From Promethearchaeota archaeon (lineage in GTDB: Archaea > Asgardarchaeota > Lokiarchaeia > Sigyniarchaeales > SOKP01), in assembly GCA_019058295.1 (NCBI GenBank), contig JAHPZI010000021.1, positions 64,001-128,000 on the forward strand: DNA of 64,000 nucleotides, in the 5' to 3' direction. Positions 1 through 10,057 of this stretch are shown one piece after another. The notes beneath the pieces were generated by a model. That model did not search any database. It saw only the letters and a list, made by a program, of their open reading frames with translations, and had not been told where the DNA came from. Position 1 is the first letter of the stretch, and each line of letters begins with the position of its first letter. Made by a program: the position numbers and the translations under genes.

Positions 1-396
1 AGTATATTTACCCAAATATAGTTTTAAGGTTCCTCTAACTAGCGCGAATTTACCATGTTTTAATGCTTTTTTTGCTTCGTCACACCTTCTATTTTCAGGG
101 TCGTTTGAGCATGCAACAATCAGATTTAAGACTCTTCGAGCCTCCCCAGCAACAATATCACAAGGAATACTACCGTCAGAAGGATATGATCTTGACCCCC
201 CATCTAAGTATTTCTTAAATAATTCAAGATCAGCATTAGGTATTACATAATAGGGATTGTTAAACATTTGTTTGCTAAAAATATAGTGAGTAAAACCATT
301 TTTATCTGTGTAAGTTTTATCTAATAATGGAGACACATCTCTAAGGTTATCACCAGGTTTTATCGCATCTGCTTTATTATCCCAAATGTCTGCCAT
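1..396 (-). CDS. hypothetical protein, runs off the window start (MADIWDNKADAIKPGDNLRD…LYLGKYT)
   Basis: Manually translated open frame from ATG at 396 to position 1 with no stop; absent from the ORF track because it is truncated. Confidence 0.75.
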   Translation of the reverse strand, partial: MADIWDNKADAIKPGDNLRDVSPLLDKTYTDKNGFTHYIFSKQMFNNPYYVIPNADLELFKKYLDGGSRSYPSDGSIPCDIVAGEARRVLNLIVACSNDPENRRCDEAKKALKHGKFALVRGTLKLYLGKYT

Positions 397-475
397 GATG
401 TTTTTTTTGTTTTTAATCTATTATTGGTTAATATTGATATTTAAGACTTGGTTTTATAGATAATAAAATTTGATG

Positions 476-2524
476 TTATGAAATTGATTCTAAGTACTCA
501 ATCATTTTCATTGAATCTGTGGTTGGAGGTTTACAGGTTTTGTTAATACAAACATATGCGGTAGCTTTTTCTTGGACTTTATCAAACCATTCAATAAAGT
601 TTGAAAATTTATCAATCTTTGGAGGATAATTCTCTGTTGGGCGAAATATTAAGACTTTATTCGGAATATAATCATTATTTACGGTTTCTAACATTGAGTT
701 GGTATCATCTGAATTTGTATCTCCAGCAATAACTAAGGAAAATGTTGGACCAACACCAAAATCTACCGCAATTAAAAACTGAGTATAGGCAATTGGAGTA
801 CTCTCGATCTTTTCTGCGAATACCCTTCCCAACAAATCAGCCTTTTTTTCAAGATCTGTATCACCTGTAATATAACTTAATCTAAGGAGATTTGACATAG
901 CTACAGAGTTCCCTGAGGGGATAGCACCATCGTAAATCTCTTTTTGTCTAGAAATTAATTGTTCTCCATCATCTGGATAGAAATAAAACCCAGCAATATC
1001 ATTATCCCAAAAATGCTCAATTAATTCGTTATTTAAATCAAGAGCGATTTTAAGATATTCAGTATCAAACGTAGCTTCATATAATTCTATTAATCCCCAT
1101 ATAAAGAACGCATAATCATCTAAATATGCTAAAATTTCAGCTTCAGAATCTCTATATCGATGTAGTAATCGATCATCTGCATTTTTCATAGCTTTTATTA
1201 TGAAATTCGCAGCCTTTTGAGCTGCTTCTATATATATCTTTTCGTTTAAGATTTGCCCTCCCTTAGCTAAGGCAGCAATCATGAGGCCATTCCAATCCGT
1301 TAGGATTTTGTCATCTTTAGAGGGATGGATTCTCTTTTCTCTTCCATTGAAAAGTTTTTCTCTTATTTTTTCTAATCTGGGACTGTTAATAACATCAAGA
1401 GTTTGAAGATGTAAAATATTATTACCAGTTCTTCTTTGTGTGGATTCTTCTAAAAAATTTCCCTCTTTCCTCGTATTATATTTTTGGAAGATGTATTCTG
1501 CATCATCTTCTTCAAGAATTTTTTGAATTTCTTCTTCACTCCAGACATAAAATTTACCTTCTTCACCTTCACTATCGGCATCTTCTGCTGAATAAAAACC
1601 ACCTTCTGGTGAAGTCATATCTCGTAGAACATAAGAAAAAATTTCTCTCACGGTGTTCGCGTAAATCTCTTTTTTGGTTGCTTGATAGGCCTCTAGATAT
1701 GCGATTGAAACGAGAGCTTGGTCATAAAGCATCTTCTCGAAATGAGGTACTAACCATTTTTGATCAGTAGAATAGCGATGAATTCCAAATCCTATATGGT
1801 CGTAGATACCTCCTTTTCGCATATATTGAAGGGTTTTCTCAACCATCTTTAAAGCATAATCATCTTTAGTTCGTTTCCAATATCTTAGTAAGAAGATAAG
1901 ATTATGCGGAGTGGGAAATTTTGGAGTACTGAATCCTCCAAAATTTTGATCAAATCGGGCTCTAAGTTGTTCATATGCTTTACGGAGCGTTTTTTTATTT
2001 AATTTTTCTCCCGGAGCTTCATTAGTCATATTATTTAAAGTAAATGTTATCTGATTAGCGGACTCTAAAACCTTTTCTTTTTCAGAGTTCCATAACTGCT
2101 TTATTCGAGATATTAAATCCATTATACCTATACGCCCAAATCGGCTTGTTTTTGGAAAATATGTACCCGCAAAGAAAGGTTTTTTATCGGGCGTCATAAT
2201 AATAGTGAGAGGCCATCCGCCCTGTCCTGTCATCATTTGGCAAACAGTCATATAAATCTTATCAATATCGGGGCGCTCCTCACGATCAACCTTTATAGAA
2301 ATAAATACCTCATTCATTAATTTTGCAATTTCGGTATCTTCAAAAGATTCATGAGCCATTACATGACACCAATGACAGGTTGAATATCCAATCGAAAGAA
2401 AAATTGGTTTATTTTCTTTTTTCGCTTTTTCAAAAGCTTTTTCTCCCCATGGATACCATTCAACGGGGTTGTTGGCATGTTGGAGTAAATATGGGCTTTT
2501 TTCATTAATTAAATTATTAGAAAT
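476..2524 (-). CDS. thioredoxin-domain protein, YyaL/SPATA20 (DUF255) family
   Basis: Frame stays open 55 codons upstream of the track's ATG (2359) and encodes the family N-terminus [25 protein letters not shown]…[16 protein letters not shown]; also [27 protein letters not shown]. Probable ATT start at 2524 after GAGGGG. Confidence 0.9.
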   Translation of the reverse strand: MSNNLINEKSPYLLQHANNPVEWYPWGEKAFEKAKKENKPIFLSIGYSTCHWCHVMAHESFEDTEIAKLMNEVFISIKVDREERPDIDKIYMTVCQMMTGQGGWPLTIIMTPDKKPFFAGTYFPKTSRFGRIGIMDLISRIKQLWNSEKEKVLESANQITFTLNNMTNEAPGEKLNKKTLRKAYEQLRARFDQNFGGFSTPKFPTPHNLIFLLRYWKRTKDDYALKMVEKTLQYMRKGGIYDHIGFGIHRYSTDQKWLVPHFEKMLYDQALVSIAYLEAYQATKKEIYANTVREIFSYVLRDMTSPEGGFYSAEDADSEGEEGKFYVWSEEEIQKILEEDDAEYIFQKYNTRKEGNFLEESTQRRTGNNILHLQTLDVINSPRLEKIREKLFNGREKRIHPSKDDKILTDWNGLMIAALAKGGQILNEKIYIEAAQKAANFIIKAMKNADDRLLHRYRDSEAEILAYLDDYAFFIWGLIELYEATFDTEYLKIALDLNNELIEHFWDNDIAGFYFYPDDGEQLISRQKEIYDGAIPSGNSVAMSNLLRLSYITGDTDLEKKADLLGRVFAEKIESTPIAYTQFLIAVDFGVGPTFSLVIAGDTNSDDTNSMLETVNNDYIPNKVLIFRPTENYPPKIDKFSNFIEWFDKVQEKATAYVCINKTCKPPTTDSMKMIEYLESIS

Positions 2525-2556
2525 TGTTTTATATCCCCTCTTCCCAGTTTTTACTA

Positions 2557-3123
2557 TTATTTTGGAATATACTTATTCATAAAAATGAATTCTTCTAACT
2601 TTTTTCTTGGTGGTCTGCTTTTTTCCCCTAACTTCATTGGTTCAGAAAGAACAGGATTTACTTCTTTTGAATGCTTTCCTATATTTATTAAGGTAATTAA
2701 TCTCATTTCTTCCGGGATATCTAAAATTTTTTTAGCCTCTTCTTCTTTAAAGCCTGCTATTGGATGCGCAACAAGATCCAATTCAGTAGCCCTCAAAATT
2801 ATAAAAGCTGTTGCCATCCCTGTATCAAATAAATAATATAGTCTTTCACCAATGATGCAATCATTTTCTGGTTTACTAAATACCGCTATTACTAATGATG
2901 CTTTTTCAACCCATTTATTTCCTGAAGAAAGAGTCTTAAAAATTTTTTCTAATTGTTCTCTATCATGTATAAAAACGAAGTTCCAAGGTTGTTTGTTCAT
3001 ACAAGAGGGTGCGATTTGCGCAATTTCTGCGAAATCTTTAATTAACTCTTCAGTAATTTCAACTGGTTCAAGAGATCTATAAGCTCTTCTTTCATTAATA
3101 GCTTTTTTTACATCCATTTTCAT
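2557..3123 (-). CDS. nitroreductase family protein
   Basis: [15 protein letters not shown] and DTGMA…LRATELDL motifs; ATG at 3117 fits the GGAGG spacing better. Confidence 0.88.
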   Translation of the reverse strand: MKMDVKKAINERRAYRSLEPVEITEELIKDFAEIAQIAPSCMNKQPWNFVFIHDREQLEKIFKTLSSGNKWVEKASLVIAVFSKPENDCIIGERLYYLFDTGMATAFIILRATELDLVAHPIAGFKEEEAKKILDIPEEMRLITLINIGKHSKEVNPVLSEPMKLGEKSRPPRKKLEEFIFMNKYIPK

Positions 3124-3310
3124 ACCTCCATTACTTAATTTAATTTAATTTATAAAAAAAGAATTAAAAATTAATTGATTCCATTCTAAATAGCATTTAA
3201 ATTTAAAATTTTAAAAGATTATTTCTATGAAATATTTAGAAAACAGTATTTTCAAGAAATATTAACCAATAGTTTTGAGAAATAGTTTTTAAATTATAGA
3301 TATTAAAAAA

Positions 3311-3481
3311 TTACATTGGAAATCCTAGGAATATGTAAGGAGAGTATCTCGAAAAATGATCCCAGAATTTTGTTTTCTTTTTCTTTTCTTCATCTTGAGG
3401 TTTTTCTTCGTTTTCCTCTGCTTCTATTGGCTTGGCATCATCTATTTTTAATTCACTTTTGCTTTCTATTGTATCTGACAT
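3311..3481 (-). CDS. small hypothetical protein (charged N-terminus, aromatic C-terminus)
   Basis: ORF with GGAGG upstream of ATG 3481 (MSDTIESK…YIFLGFPM). Confidence 0.5.
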   Translation of the reverse strand: MSDTIESKSELKIDDAKPIEAEENEEKPQDEEKKKKTKFWDHFSRYSPYIFLGFPM

Positions 3482-3705
3482 ATTATCTACCTCCATTTTT
3501 TTATTTATATTCTAATTCAATTATATGAATTTCTATTAAATATAGAAAAAATGAATTATTTCAATCTTAGCACTTTAAAAATTAAATATTATTAAATTTT
3601 GAATTACTAAAATAAAGGAATTGAATGGAATTCAATTATAATATATAAAAAAGAAAGAAAATGATAATTTTTCTCTTTTTGAATTAATTATACTGAAAAA
3701 AGTTA

Positions 3706-4830
3706 TTATATTCCTTTAGTTTTTGAAGATTCATCTTTTTGTTCTAAAAATAATTTTCCTATAGCGATATCTTCAACATGTAATCTTTCTCTCAATAGAT
3801 TTTGAATTTGTAATTCCTCAATTTTTCTACCCTCTTTCATGAAATCAATTCCGCATAATATACTTGCCAAATGAATCACTGAATTTATTGTTGGAGTTGG
3901 CACCCCAAGGAATTTCCCTAGTGAGGAAATTGGGACAAGCCCGGTGGGTACATCTTCAGTAAAGTATCTGGTTATTAATTGAGTTGGAGCATAAATATCT
4001 TGGTATGCTTCCACCTTTTGGATTGCCTCATAGATTGTTTCCGCCTTTATACCATATGACTTTTCAGCCCATTTGTGATATCTCAGCTGTTTTAAACCTA
4101 ATTTTCCAAAAATTTCATTAATTTCCATCTCAATCATTTCAAGAACTAAACATACTCGTGGAGTTGTTCCTTCTTTATAAAATTTAAATTTTTTGCCAAA
4201 ATCCATTAACCCTGCGTTAAAAAGTGAGATAGTGGGATGCAATAACATCCCAATATTATTAAGGGTTATTTCAAAATAATCGTCAACGGGTTCTAATTGA
4301 GGAAAAACATCTTTTATTATTTCATAAACTAGATCATTATATTTATCTGGAAAGCAAGAAAAGCCAACAGAATCCTTTATTTTAATAATATTTACTTTAT
4401 TTTCAGATAATTGTCTTGAAGTAAAGAGTAAAGTTTGAGTTTCACCGACAAAGATCGGTATGTTTCCTCTATATTTTTCAATAATTTTAATAAATTCAAT
4501 GGAACCAAAGGTTCTTCCTGGATTTAAAATAATCATTTGTCCTTGAGATAAATAAGGAGCAATCATTTTCGCAATCTGTTTATGAGCTGAGGCTGGTGTA
4601 ACTACCATTATTAAATTAGCGTCATTAACGGCCAATTTGATGTCTTGAGTTATACAGTCTAATGGAAAGAATCCATTAAGTTCTCCAGACGCTTCTATAC
4701 CACCATTTTCAATGATATCACAAATTCTTGTAAAAGAACGATTATAAAGAGAAACGGAATATCCTTTTGAAGCTGTATAAGCGGCAAATGCTCGACCACC
4801 TGATCCAGCACCTATAACACAGACCCTCAC
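3706..4830 (-). CDS. NAD/NADP octopine/nopaline (opine) dehydrogenase family protein
   Basis: Rossmann GAGSGG, LNPGRTFG, RYFTEDVPTGLVP motifs; start overlaps the upstream stop (GTGA). Confidence 0.85.
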   Translation of the reverse strand: MRVCVIGAGSGGRAFAAYTASKGYSVSLYNRSFTRICDIIENGGIEASGELNGFFPLDCITQDIKLAVNDANLIMVVTPASAHKQIAKMIAPYLSQGQMIILNPGRTFGSIEFIKIIEKYRGNIPIFVGETQTLLFTSRQLSENKVNIIKIKDSVGFSCFPDKYNDLVYEIIKDVFPQLEPVDDYFEITLNNIGMLLHPTISLFNAGLMDFGKKFKFYKEGTTPRVCLVLEMIEMEINEIFGKLGLKQLRYHKWAEKSYGIKAETIYEAIQKVEAYQDIYAPTQLITRYFTEDVPTGLVPISSLGKFLGVPTPTINSVIHLASILCGIDFMKEGRKIEELQIQNLLRERLHVEDIAIGKLFLEQKDESSKTKGI

Positions 4831-6575
4831 TGAATCATCACCCCATTCGGGGAGAATTCTCCTTGAAGTTCTTTTTTTGATAAAAATTTATCAGAATTAC
4901 AAGCAATAATAATTTTAATTCTTTCAATCTCATCCATAACTTTCTGAGTTGATTCATCCCAAGAATAGCAAGCGCCATCCACAATTTTTGTTTTAATCTG
5001 TCCTAATGCAAACTTATTATTCTTTAAATGTGGCGCATCAAAAATTCCATATTTAACAAGACGAGTTAAAATTTTATAATTCGTCCATGGCCTCATTAAT
5101 TCTGCTGAGGTTTTTGCTAATCTAGGAATTAAATTAACTATCCATTTCGCTTGTCTTATTAATTCTTCTTTTCTCTCTTCAATTCTCTTATCGTCAATTT
5201 TCAAATTACTAGAGTATACTTGATTAATTACTTGATCTACAATATTACAACTTTCAATTATATCTTCAGGGCGAGCAGCATGACTTGCTTCAGAATAAGA
5301 CACAACATGTACAATGTCTGGCTTTATTGATAATTGTATTAAAGTGGAAGCTGCTAATTGTCCCTTAGCTTTTTCTAAGTTTAAAGGAAAACTTGCTAAT
5401 CCTGTTCTTACTTGTGTTATTACTTTGAAAGAATCATCAACTAAAGTTTGAAGTAGTTCATTTTTAGCATATATTTTTGCTAAGTCCATTTTAAAGGAAC
5501 TTGCTGGGGGAGTATTAAACATGAATTGGGCAATAAAGTGTTTCACACCTAATTTCTTTGCTATTATTCCACATAGATACATATCCGCGACAGCTACGGC
5601 ATCAGGAGCATCTCTTAAACTCCAGTGGTGAGGATCATTGATTTCTACAGGTATATTATTTTCTGCGTGCCATTTTATTGCCGCTAAATGTTGTTTTATT
5701 GAGATTTTTAACGTTAATGGGCCTCTACTGTCCATCTGATTAAACCAAAAGATTGGAATTGCTGCCCATGCATTTTTTATTGTCTTCTGATACAGTTTTC
5801 CTAATTTTATAAAATCCCTCGTACCAGCATAAATCCTCAACAAAGGAAAATTTCCTCTTAATCGTGCTTTATGCAATTTAATAAAATCTTCTTTAGATCT
5901 TAAAGGAACACCTCCCGCTCCAGATAGGTTCTTAATTAGCTCTTTTGGATGAAAATAGTTCGATTGAGTATTTTGATCAGGTGCAATTGAAATTATATCT
6001 AAAATTTCGGACTCAGCTAACTGCCTTATTCCTTTAATTGTTTCTTCTAAATTTGGCAAACCGAAGTGAGCTCTGATAATTGGATAAGGTTTTTTCCAAT
6101 TTATCCTAGAAATTATATCCATTGGAATTTGAGCTTTCTTATGTTTTGAAATCTTATCTCTTCTCAACAGTGAAATTATTTTGTATTTTGATTCACCACC
6201 TATAAAAAATTCGTCAATTGAATCAAATTTTCTCGCAAATTTTACGACATCAGGGGTACCTGCGAAAAATAAATGTTTCGGCTTATATGATAATTCATTA
6301 TATTTTTTGAAAAATTCTTTAAGAAGGGGAATGACGGTTGTAGGAGTTAATCGATAACTTAATCCTACAATATCAGGCTTTTCCCTAATTATATTATTAA
6401 TTATATGAGGGATTGGTGTTGCAGGACCTAAAAATATACAATCATAACCTAATTGATGAGCAATATTAATGAAATTATATGTGCCAGCAACATGAACACA
6501 TTGACCGAGACAGGCAGTCAAAATTCTTTTCTTCTTATTTTTCCTTTCTCTATTAATATCATTTAATTTTTTCAT
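4827..6575 (-). CDS. cobalamin (B12)-binding domain protein with uncharacterised C-terminal catalytic domain
   Basis: N-terminal CVHVAG (DxHxxG variant), FLGPA and VGLSYRL B12-binding-domain pattern. Confidence 0.75.
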   Translation of the reverse strand: MKKLNDINRERKNKKKRILTACLGQCVHVAGTYNFINIAHQLGYDCIFLGPATPIPHIINNIIREKPDIVGLSYRLTPTTVIPLLKEFFKKYNELSYKPKHLFFAGTPDVVKFARKFDSIDEFFIGGESKYKIISLLRRDKISKHKKAQIPMDIISRINWKKPYPIIRAHFGLPNLEETIKGIRQLAESEILDIISIAPDQNTQSNYFHPKELIKNLSGAGGVPLRSKEDFIKLHKARLRGNFPLLRIYAGTRDFIKLGKLYQKTIKNAWAAIPIFWFNQMDSRGPLTLKISIKQHLAAIKWHAENNIPVEINDPHHWSLRDAPDAVAVADMYLCGIIAKKLGVKHFIAQFMFNTPPASSFKMDLAKIYAKNELLQTLVDDSFKVITQVRTGLASFPLNLEKAKGQLAASTLIQLSIKPDIVHVVSYSEASHAARPEDIIESCNIVDQVINQVYSSNLKIDDKRIEERKEELIRQAKWIVNLIPRLAKTSAELMRPWTNYKILTRLVKYGIFDAPHLKNNKFALGQIKTKIVDGACYSWDESTQKVMDEIERIKIIIACNSDKFLSKKELQGEFSPNGVMIQ

Positions 6576-6583
6576 AATATCAT

Positions 6584-6670
6584 CTCCTATTATTATTTAG
6601 GAGTAAAATTTAGGCGAGTTTCGCAATTTATTCACAAAATCGGATTGAAAATTCTTCACAATCCGACTCT
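6584..6670 (-). promoter_or_regulatory. structured 5' leader with three hairpins, the last occluding the SD of the B12-binding gene
   Basis: Inverted repeats TCGGATTG-N11-CAATCCGA (6640-6666), GCGA-GTT-TCGC (~6614-6624) and CTCCTA-N8-TAGGAG (6584-6603), the last containing the minus-strand AGGAG. Confidence 0.45.
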
Positions 6671-6923
6671 TTTATATTAAAAATAGCTAAATTAATGTGG
6701 ATCTTTGTTAGAATAATAATCAACTCTATATATCTAATATATGGATTCTATATTTAAATATAACGGTCATTTAAATAAGTATGAAACTAATATTTATTTA
6801 AATAAATAATCCTTTTACTAATGCAAGATCTCATCATAAATATAAACATTACATTTATATTTTTTTATATCTATTATATAAATAAGAAAATTTATTATTT
6901 TTCATATAAAAATATTTTAATTA

Positions 6924-7160
6924 GTGATATTTATTCCTGAAAACAAATCTGTTCAAAGGAAAAATACTTCACAAATAATAGAAAGCATTTATAGTGCTCT
7001 GGGAGATGGAAGATATCACACTATTAGTGAAATTTCCCGTCTTGCTGGGTCGAACTGGACAACAATAAAAAATCAAATTGATATTATTGTAAAAATTCAA
7101 GAATTACCAAACCTAAAAATAATAAATGCTTCAAAACAAGTCTTAGTGAAAAAACAATGA
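6924..7160 (+). CDS. small winged helix-turn-helix protein, putative regulator
   Basis: HTISEISRLAGSNWTTIKNQI HTH-like pattern; divergent from the B12/opine DH pair. Confidence 0.6.
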   Translation: MIFIPENKSVQRKNTSQIIESIYSALGDGRYHTISEISRLAGSNWTTIKNQIDIIVKIQELPNLKIINASKQVLVKKQ

Positions 7161-7227
7161 ATTTATATATTTTTTATCATGTTTATTTTAATAAAATGGT
7201 TAAATAAATCATTATACTATTAATAAT

Positions 7228-8130
7228 ATGAAAAAACAAAAGGCTTTTAACATAACTTATTTAATTGGATTAGCTGGTTCATTTTTTTTTATGATTTGGA
7301 TCTTTTTATTTGAATTATATGTGTTAAATTATTCATTTTTAGTATTTTTCTGGGTTGTGAAATATTTATCTGGCTTTGGACTAATTTTAAGCATTGCTAA
7401 TGGATTTTTGTTATTATTTGATAAATTTAAGAATGATCTTAGTAAAAGAGGAACAAATATTCTTATCGTTCTCCAATTTGTAATACCTATATTATTTGTA
7501 ATATACGCGATTTACCGTATTTTTTCAAGTTTTTATGGTGGTTCAGGGATCAGAATGGTTGGTGTCTGGGCAGATTTTTATGTTTGGATAGATGATATTA
7601 TATATATCTATGGTATCAGTTCTCTGCTTATTACTCTTTATATTATTCCAATTATTCGAGATGAATTTGATGACGCCGTAAATCAGACTAGATTATCCCG
7701 ATTTAAAGTTGGCGCAAAATCCATTGGAAGAGGAATTAAGAAGAAATATTTTAGTATAAGAAAGAAACATGCAAAAGTTCAGCTCCAAGATCAAATTACA
7801 GGAAAAGAAGTGCTTGTTTCATGGAGGAATAAATTTGCTGTGTATTTAATGATTCCCATAGCAATAGGCTCTTTATTACTAATGCCCTTAGCATTCATCT
7901 TAATTGTACTATGGTTGAAAATATTATTTTTTGAAAATATAGATATAAAACTACATGAAAAAATTGCCTTACTAATCTCAATAATCATTCTAGGGGTTGT
8001 GGCTATCTTAGCTCCTTATTTAGAACTAGTATTTTATGCACAGATTAGTGATTTATTTTGGACAATCAATATATTTTATCTTATAGGAATCGGTGTTGCA
8101 TCTTTCATATATTTTAGAAAAATAATCTAA
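7228..8130 (+). CDS. hypothetical integral membrane protein
   Basis: About 7 hydrophobic segments. Confidence 0.7.
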   Translation: MKKQKAFNITYLIGLAGSFFFMIWIFLFELYVLNYSFLVFFWVVKYLSGFGLILSIANGFLLLFDKFKNDLSKRGTNILIVLQFVIPILFVIYAIYRIFSSFYGGSGIRMVGVWADFYVWIDDIIYIYGISSLLITLYIIPIIRDEFDDAVNQTRLSRFKVGAKSIGRGIKKKYFSIRKKHAKVQLQDQITGKEVLVSWRNKFAVYLMIPIAIGSLLLMPLAFILIVLWLKILFFENIDIKLHEKIALLISIIILGVVAILAPYLELVFYAQISDLFWTINIFYLIGIGVASFIYFRKII

Positions 8131-8199
8131 AGCAAGTTTAAATATTAGAATTTTAAAAAAAAGAGAAAAATATCAGAAAATATTTAATTTTCTTCTCAA

Positions 8200-8868
8200 T
8201 TAATATGCAACTTTTTTAAAACTCGTTGATTTGAAATGAGGGATTATATTTTCAAAGATTTTTCTATTACTTTCGGGATAATGTCTTGAATAATTAATAA
8301 GCTTATCTTTAGAAATATACTTTAAATATTCGGATATATCTTTAATAATTTCGACATTACTCCTTTTACTGAGTTTCCATAAATAAATAAAATCTAAAAT
8401 TGTTTTTTCAAGATCAGAATAATAAACCTTCTTTTTTATTATTCCAAAATTTAAAAGTGATGATTGCAATATTAAAAACTTAAGCTTAAAACGGTCAATC
8501 TTTGACGGTTTACGTTTAAAAATTTGATTATTTATTATAAACAATTCCATATCATGGTCATTTTGGATTCCATTTAACGTTAAAGCTGTATATAAACCAA
8601 AATACCATTTTTGTATATTTTTTAATTTAAGACCTTCTGAGATAAGGTCAAAAGGTGCAAGATTTATTCTATTTGAGATGAACTCTTCCCTACTTTTAAT
8701 ATAATATATTCCCTTAACAATCTTGAGTAAATAACCTCTCGAAATGAGATATTTAATTATATTATTATACTTATAATATAAGGCTTTACCATACTCTTCG
8801 AGCTCTTCAGATGTAATAAACTTTTTTTTCTTTAACCTTAATTTCTTTAATAATCGATTAGTAGACAT
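8200..8868 (-). CDS. AbiEi-like (type IV TA antitoxin family) wHTH protein
   Basis: YLISRGYLLKIVKGIYY, WYFGLYTAL and SDLEKTILDFIY resemble the AbiEi family pattern. Confidence 0.6.
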   Translation of the reverse strand: MSTNRLLKKLRLKKKKFITSEELEEYGKALYYKYNNIIKYLISRGYLLKIVKGIYYIKSREEFISNRINLAPFDLISEGLKLKNIQKWYFGLYTALTLNGIQNDHDMELFIINNQIFKRKPSKIDRFKLKFLILQSSLLNFGIIKKKVYYSDLEKTILDFIYLWKLSKRSNVEIIKDISEYLKYISKDKLINYSRHYPESNRKIFENIIPHFKSTSFKKVAY

Positions 8869-8949
8869 CTAATTTAACCAAATTTTTTTTTAATTTTTAT
8901 TTCCTGTAATAAATATTAATATAGTTAAAGAACTAAATGAAGAAAAAAA

Positions 8950-9216
8950 TCATGAACATTCTAATTTAAATAATACTGAATAAGTCGGAATATAGAACTT
9001 ATCTTTCTGTTTCACAGCTACGGTATGGAAAAATTCCGCCAATCCTAAAAATCCTTTAATAACTTCCTCAGCTCCCTCAAATTTAAAAGTTACTGTAGCT
9101 ACTGTATTTTTAGTACTAAAATTAACTTTATCATAAACTCGTTCATCAACTAAAGGAATTTTCATCTCACCTGCATTTTCGTACACTTTTTTAATAAAAA
9201 TCTCATTATTTCCCAT
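8950..9216 (-). CDS. hypothetical protein
   Basis: ORF; GGAGGTGA precedes ATG 9216. Confidence 0.65.
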   Translation of the reverse strand: MGNNEIFIKKVYENAGEMKIPLVDERVYDKVNFSTKNTVATVTFKFEGAEEVIKGFLGLAEFFHTVAVKQKDKFYIPTYSVLFKLECS

Positions 9217-9272
9217 CTTATCACCTCCCATCTACTTAATATATATTAGAAATCTAATTATTTGGAGAAATT

Positions 9273-9530
9273 TCATTTACTAAGTTCTTTATTTATAATT
9301 TTAATTATTTCATTGCTATATAATTCATGATTTCCAGTAGATTCCATTTTCATTAACAATCTACTGATTTGTCGTTTAGCAATGGGACGGAATCTTTCCA
9401 AATCAATTGAATCTATCTCATTTTTCTTGAGTGAATTTATATCTTCTTTTTTTTTATATTTTAAATGTTCTTGATAAATTTTTCCACGATAATGATATCT
9501 TTTACATTCCATGCAATAATATTTTTCCAT
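9273..9530 (-). CDS. small hypothetical protein with N-terminal CxxC…H…H putative zinc finger
   Basis: YYCMECKRYHYRGKIYQEH. Confidence 0.6.
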   Translation of the reverse strand: MEKYYCMECKRYHYRGKIYQEHLKYKKKEDINSLKKNEIDSIDLERFRPIAKRQISRLLMKMESTGNHELYSNEIIKIINKELSK

Positions 9531-10057
9531 TTTCTTTACTAAATCTTATTGTTAATTTATCTTTTTTATTAATTTTAGATTTTTGATTAATATTATCCAT
9601 GATAAATTATCTATATATATCTAAACTTTCAACTTATGCTTTTCTAATTTTTAGCAATTCATTTAGAATGCAAAGAATTTAGTTTTTCTTCTATTGAGTT
9701 TGTTCCATTAATTATAAAAAATTTTTTTTAAATTAATGGAATAGATAAGATAAAAGGATATTATCCCATAATTACATCTATAATATATAAAGTAATTATT
9801 ATTTTTAATTTTTATTATAAAAATGGTATAATATTTGCATTGTTTAATGAATATATCTTTTAGTTTTCTTTTTTATTTCTATTCTCTTAAATAATGGCTC
9901 GTTGAGCACTGAAATTCTAAGTCTTAATCCAATTTAGTTAATGTCGTTATAAAATTTTTCTTAACAGACAGAATCATTCTAAAGAAAATTTTCCATATTT
10001 GTTTTCTTTATTTTTAAGTGGTAAAATAAAAATTAAAAAAGAATAAATAATTTGAAT

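Noticed and set aside
3619-3637. Palindrome AATTGAAT-GGA-ATTCAATT
   Set aside because: Expected by chance in very AT-rich intergenic DNA.
9531-10057. 527-bp intergenic gap examined for ncRNA/tRNA
   Set aside because: Very AT-rich; no cloverleaf, GC-rich stem or repeat recognised.
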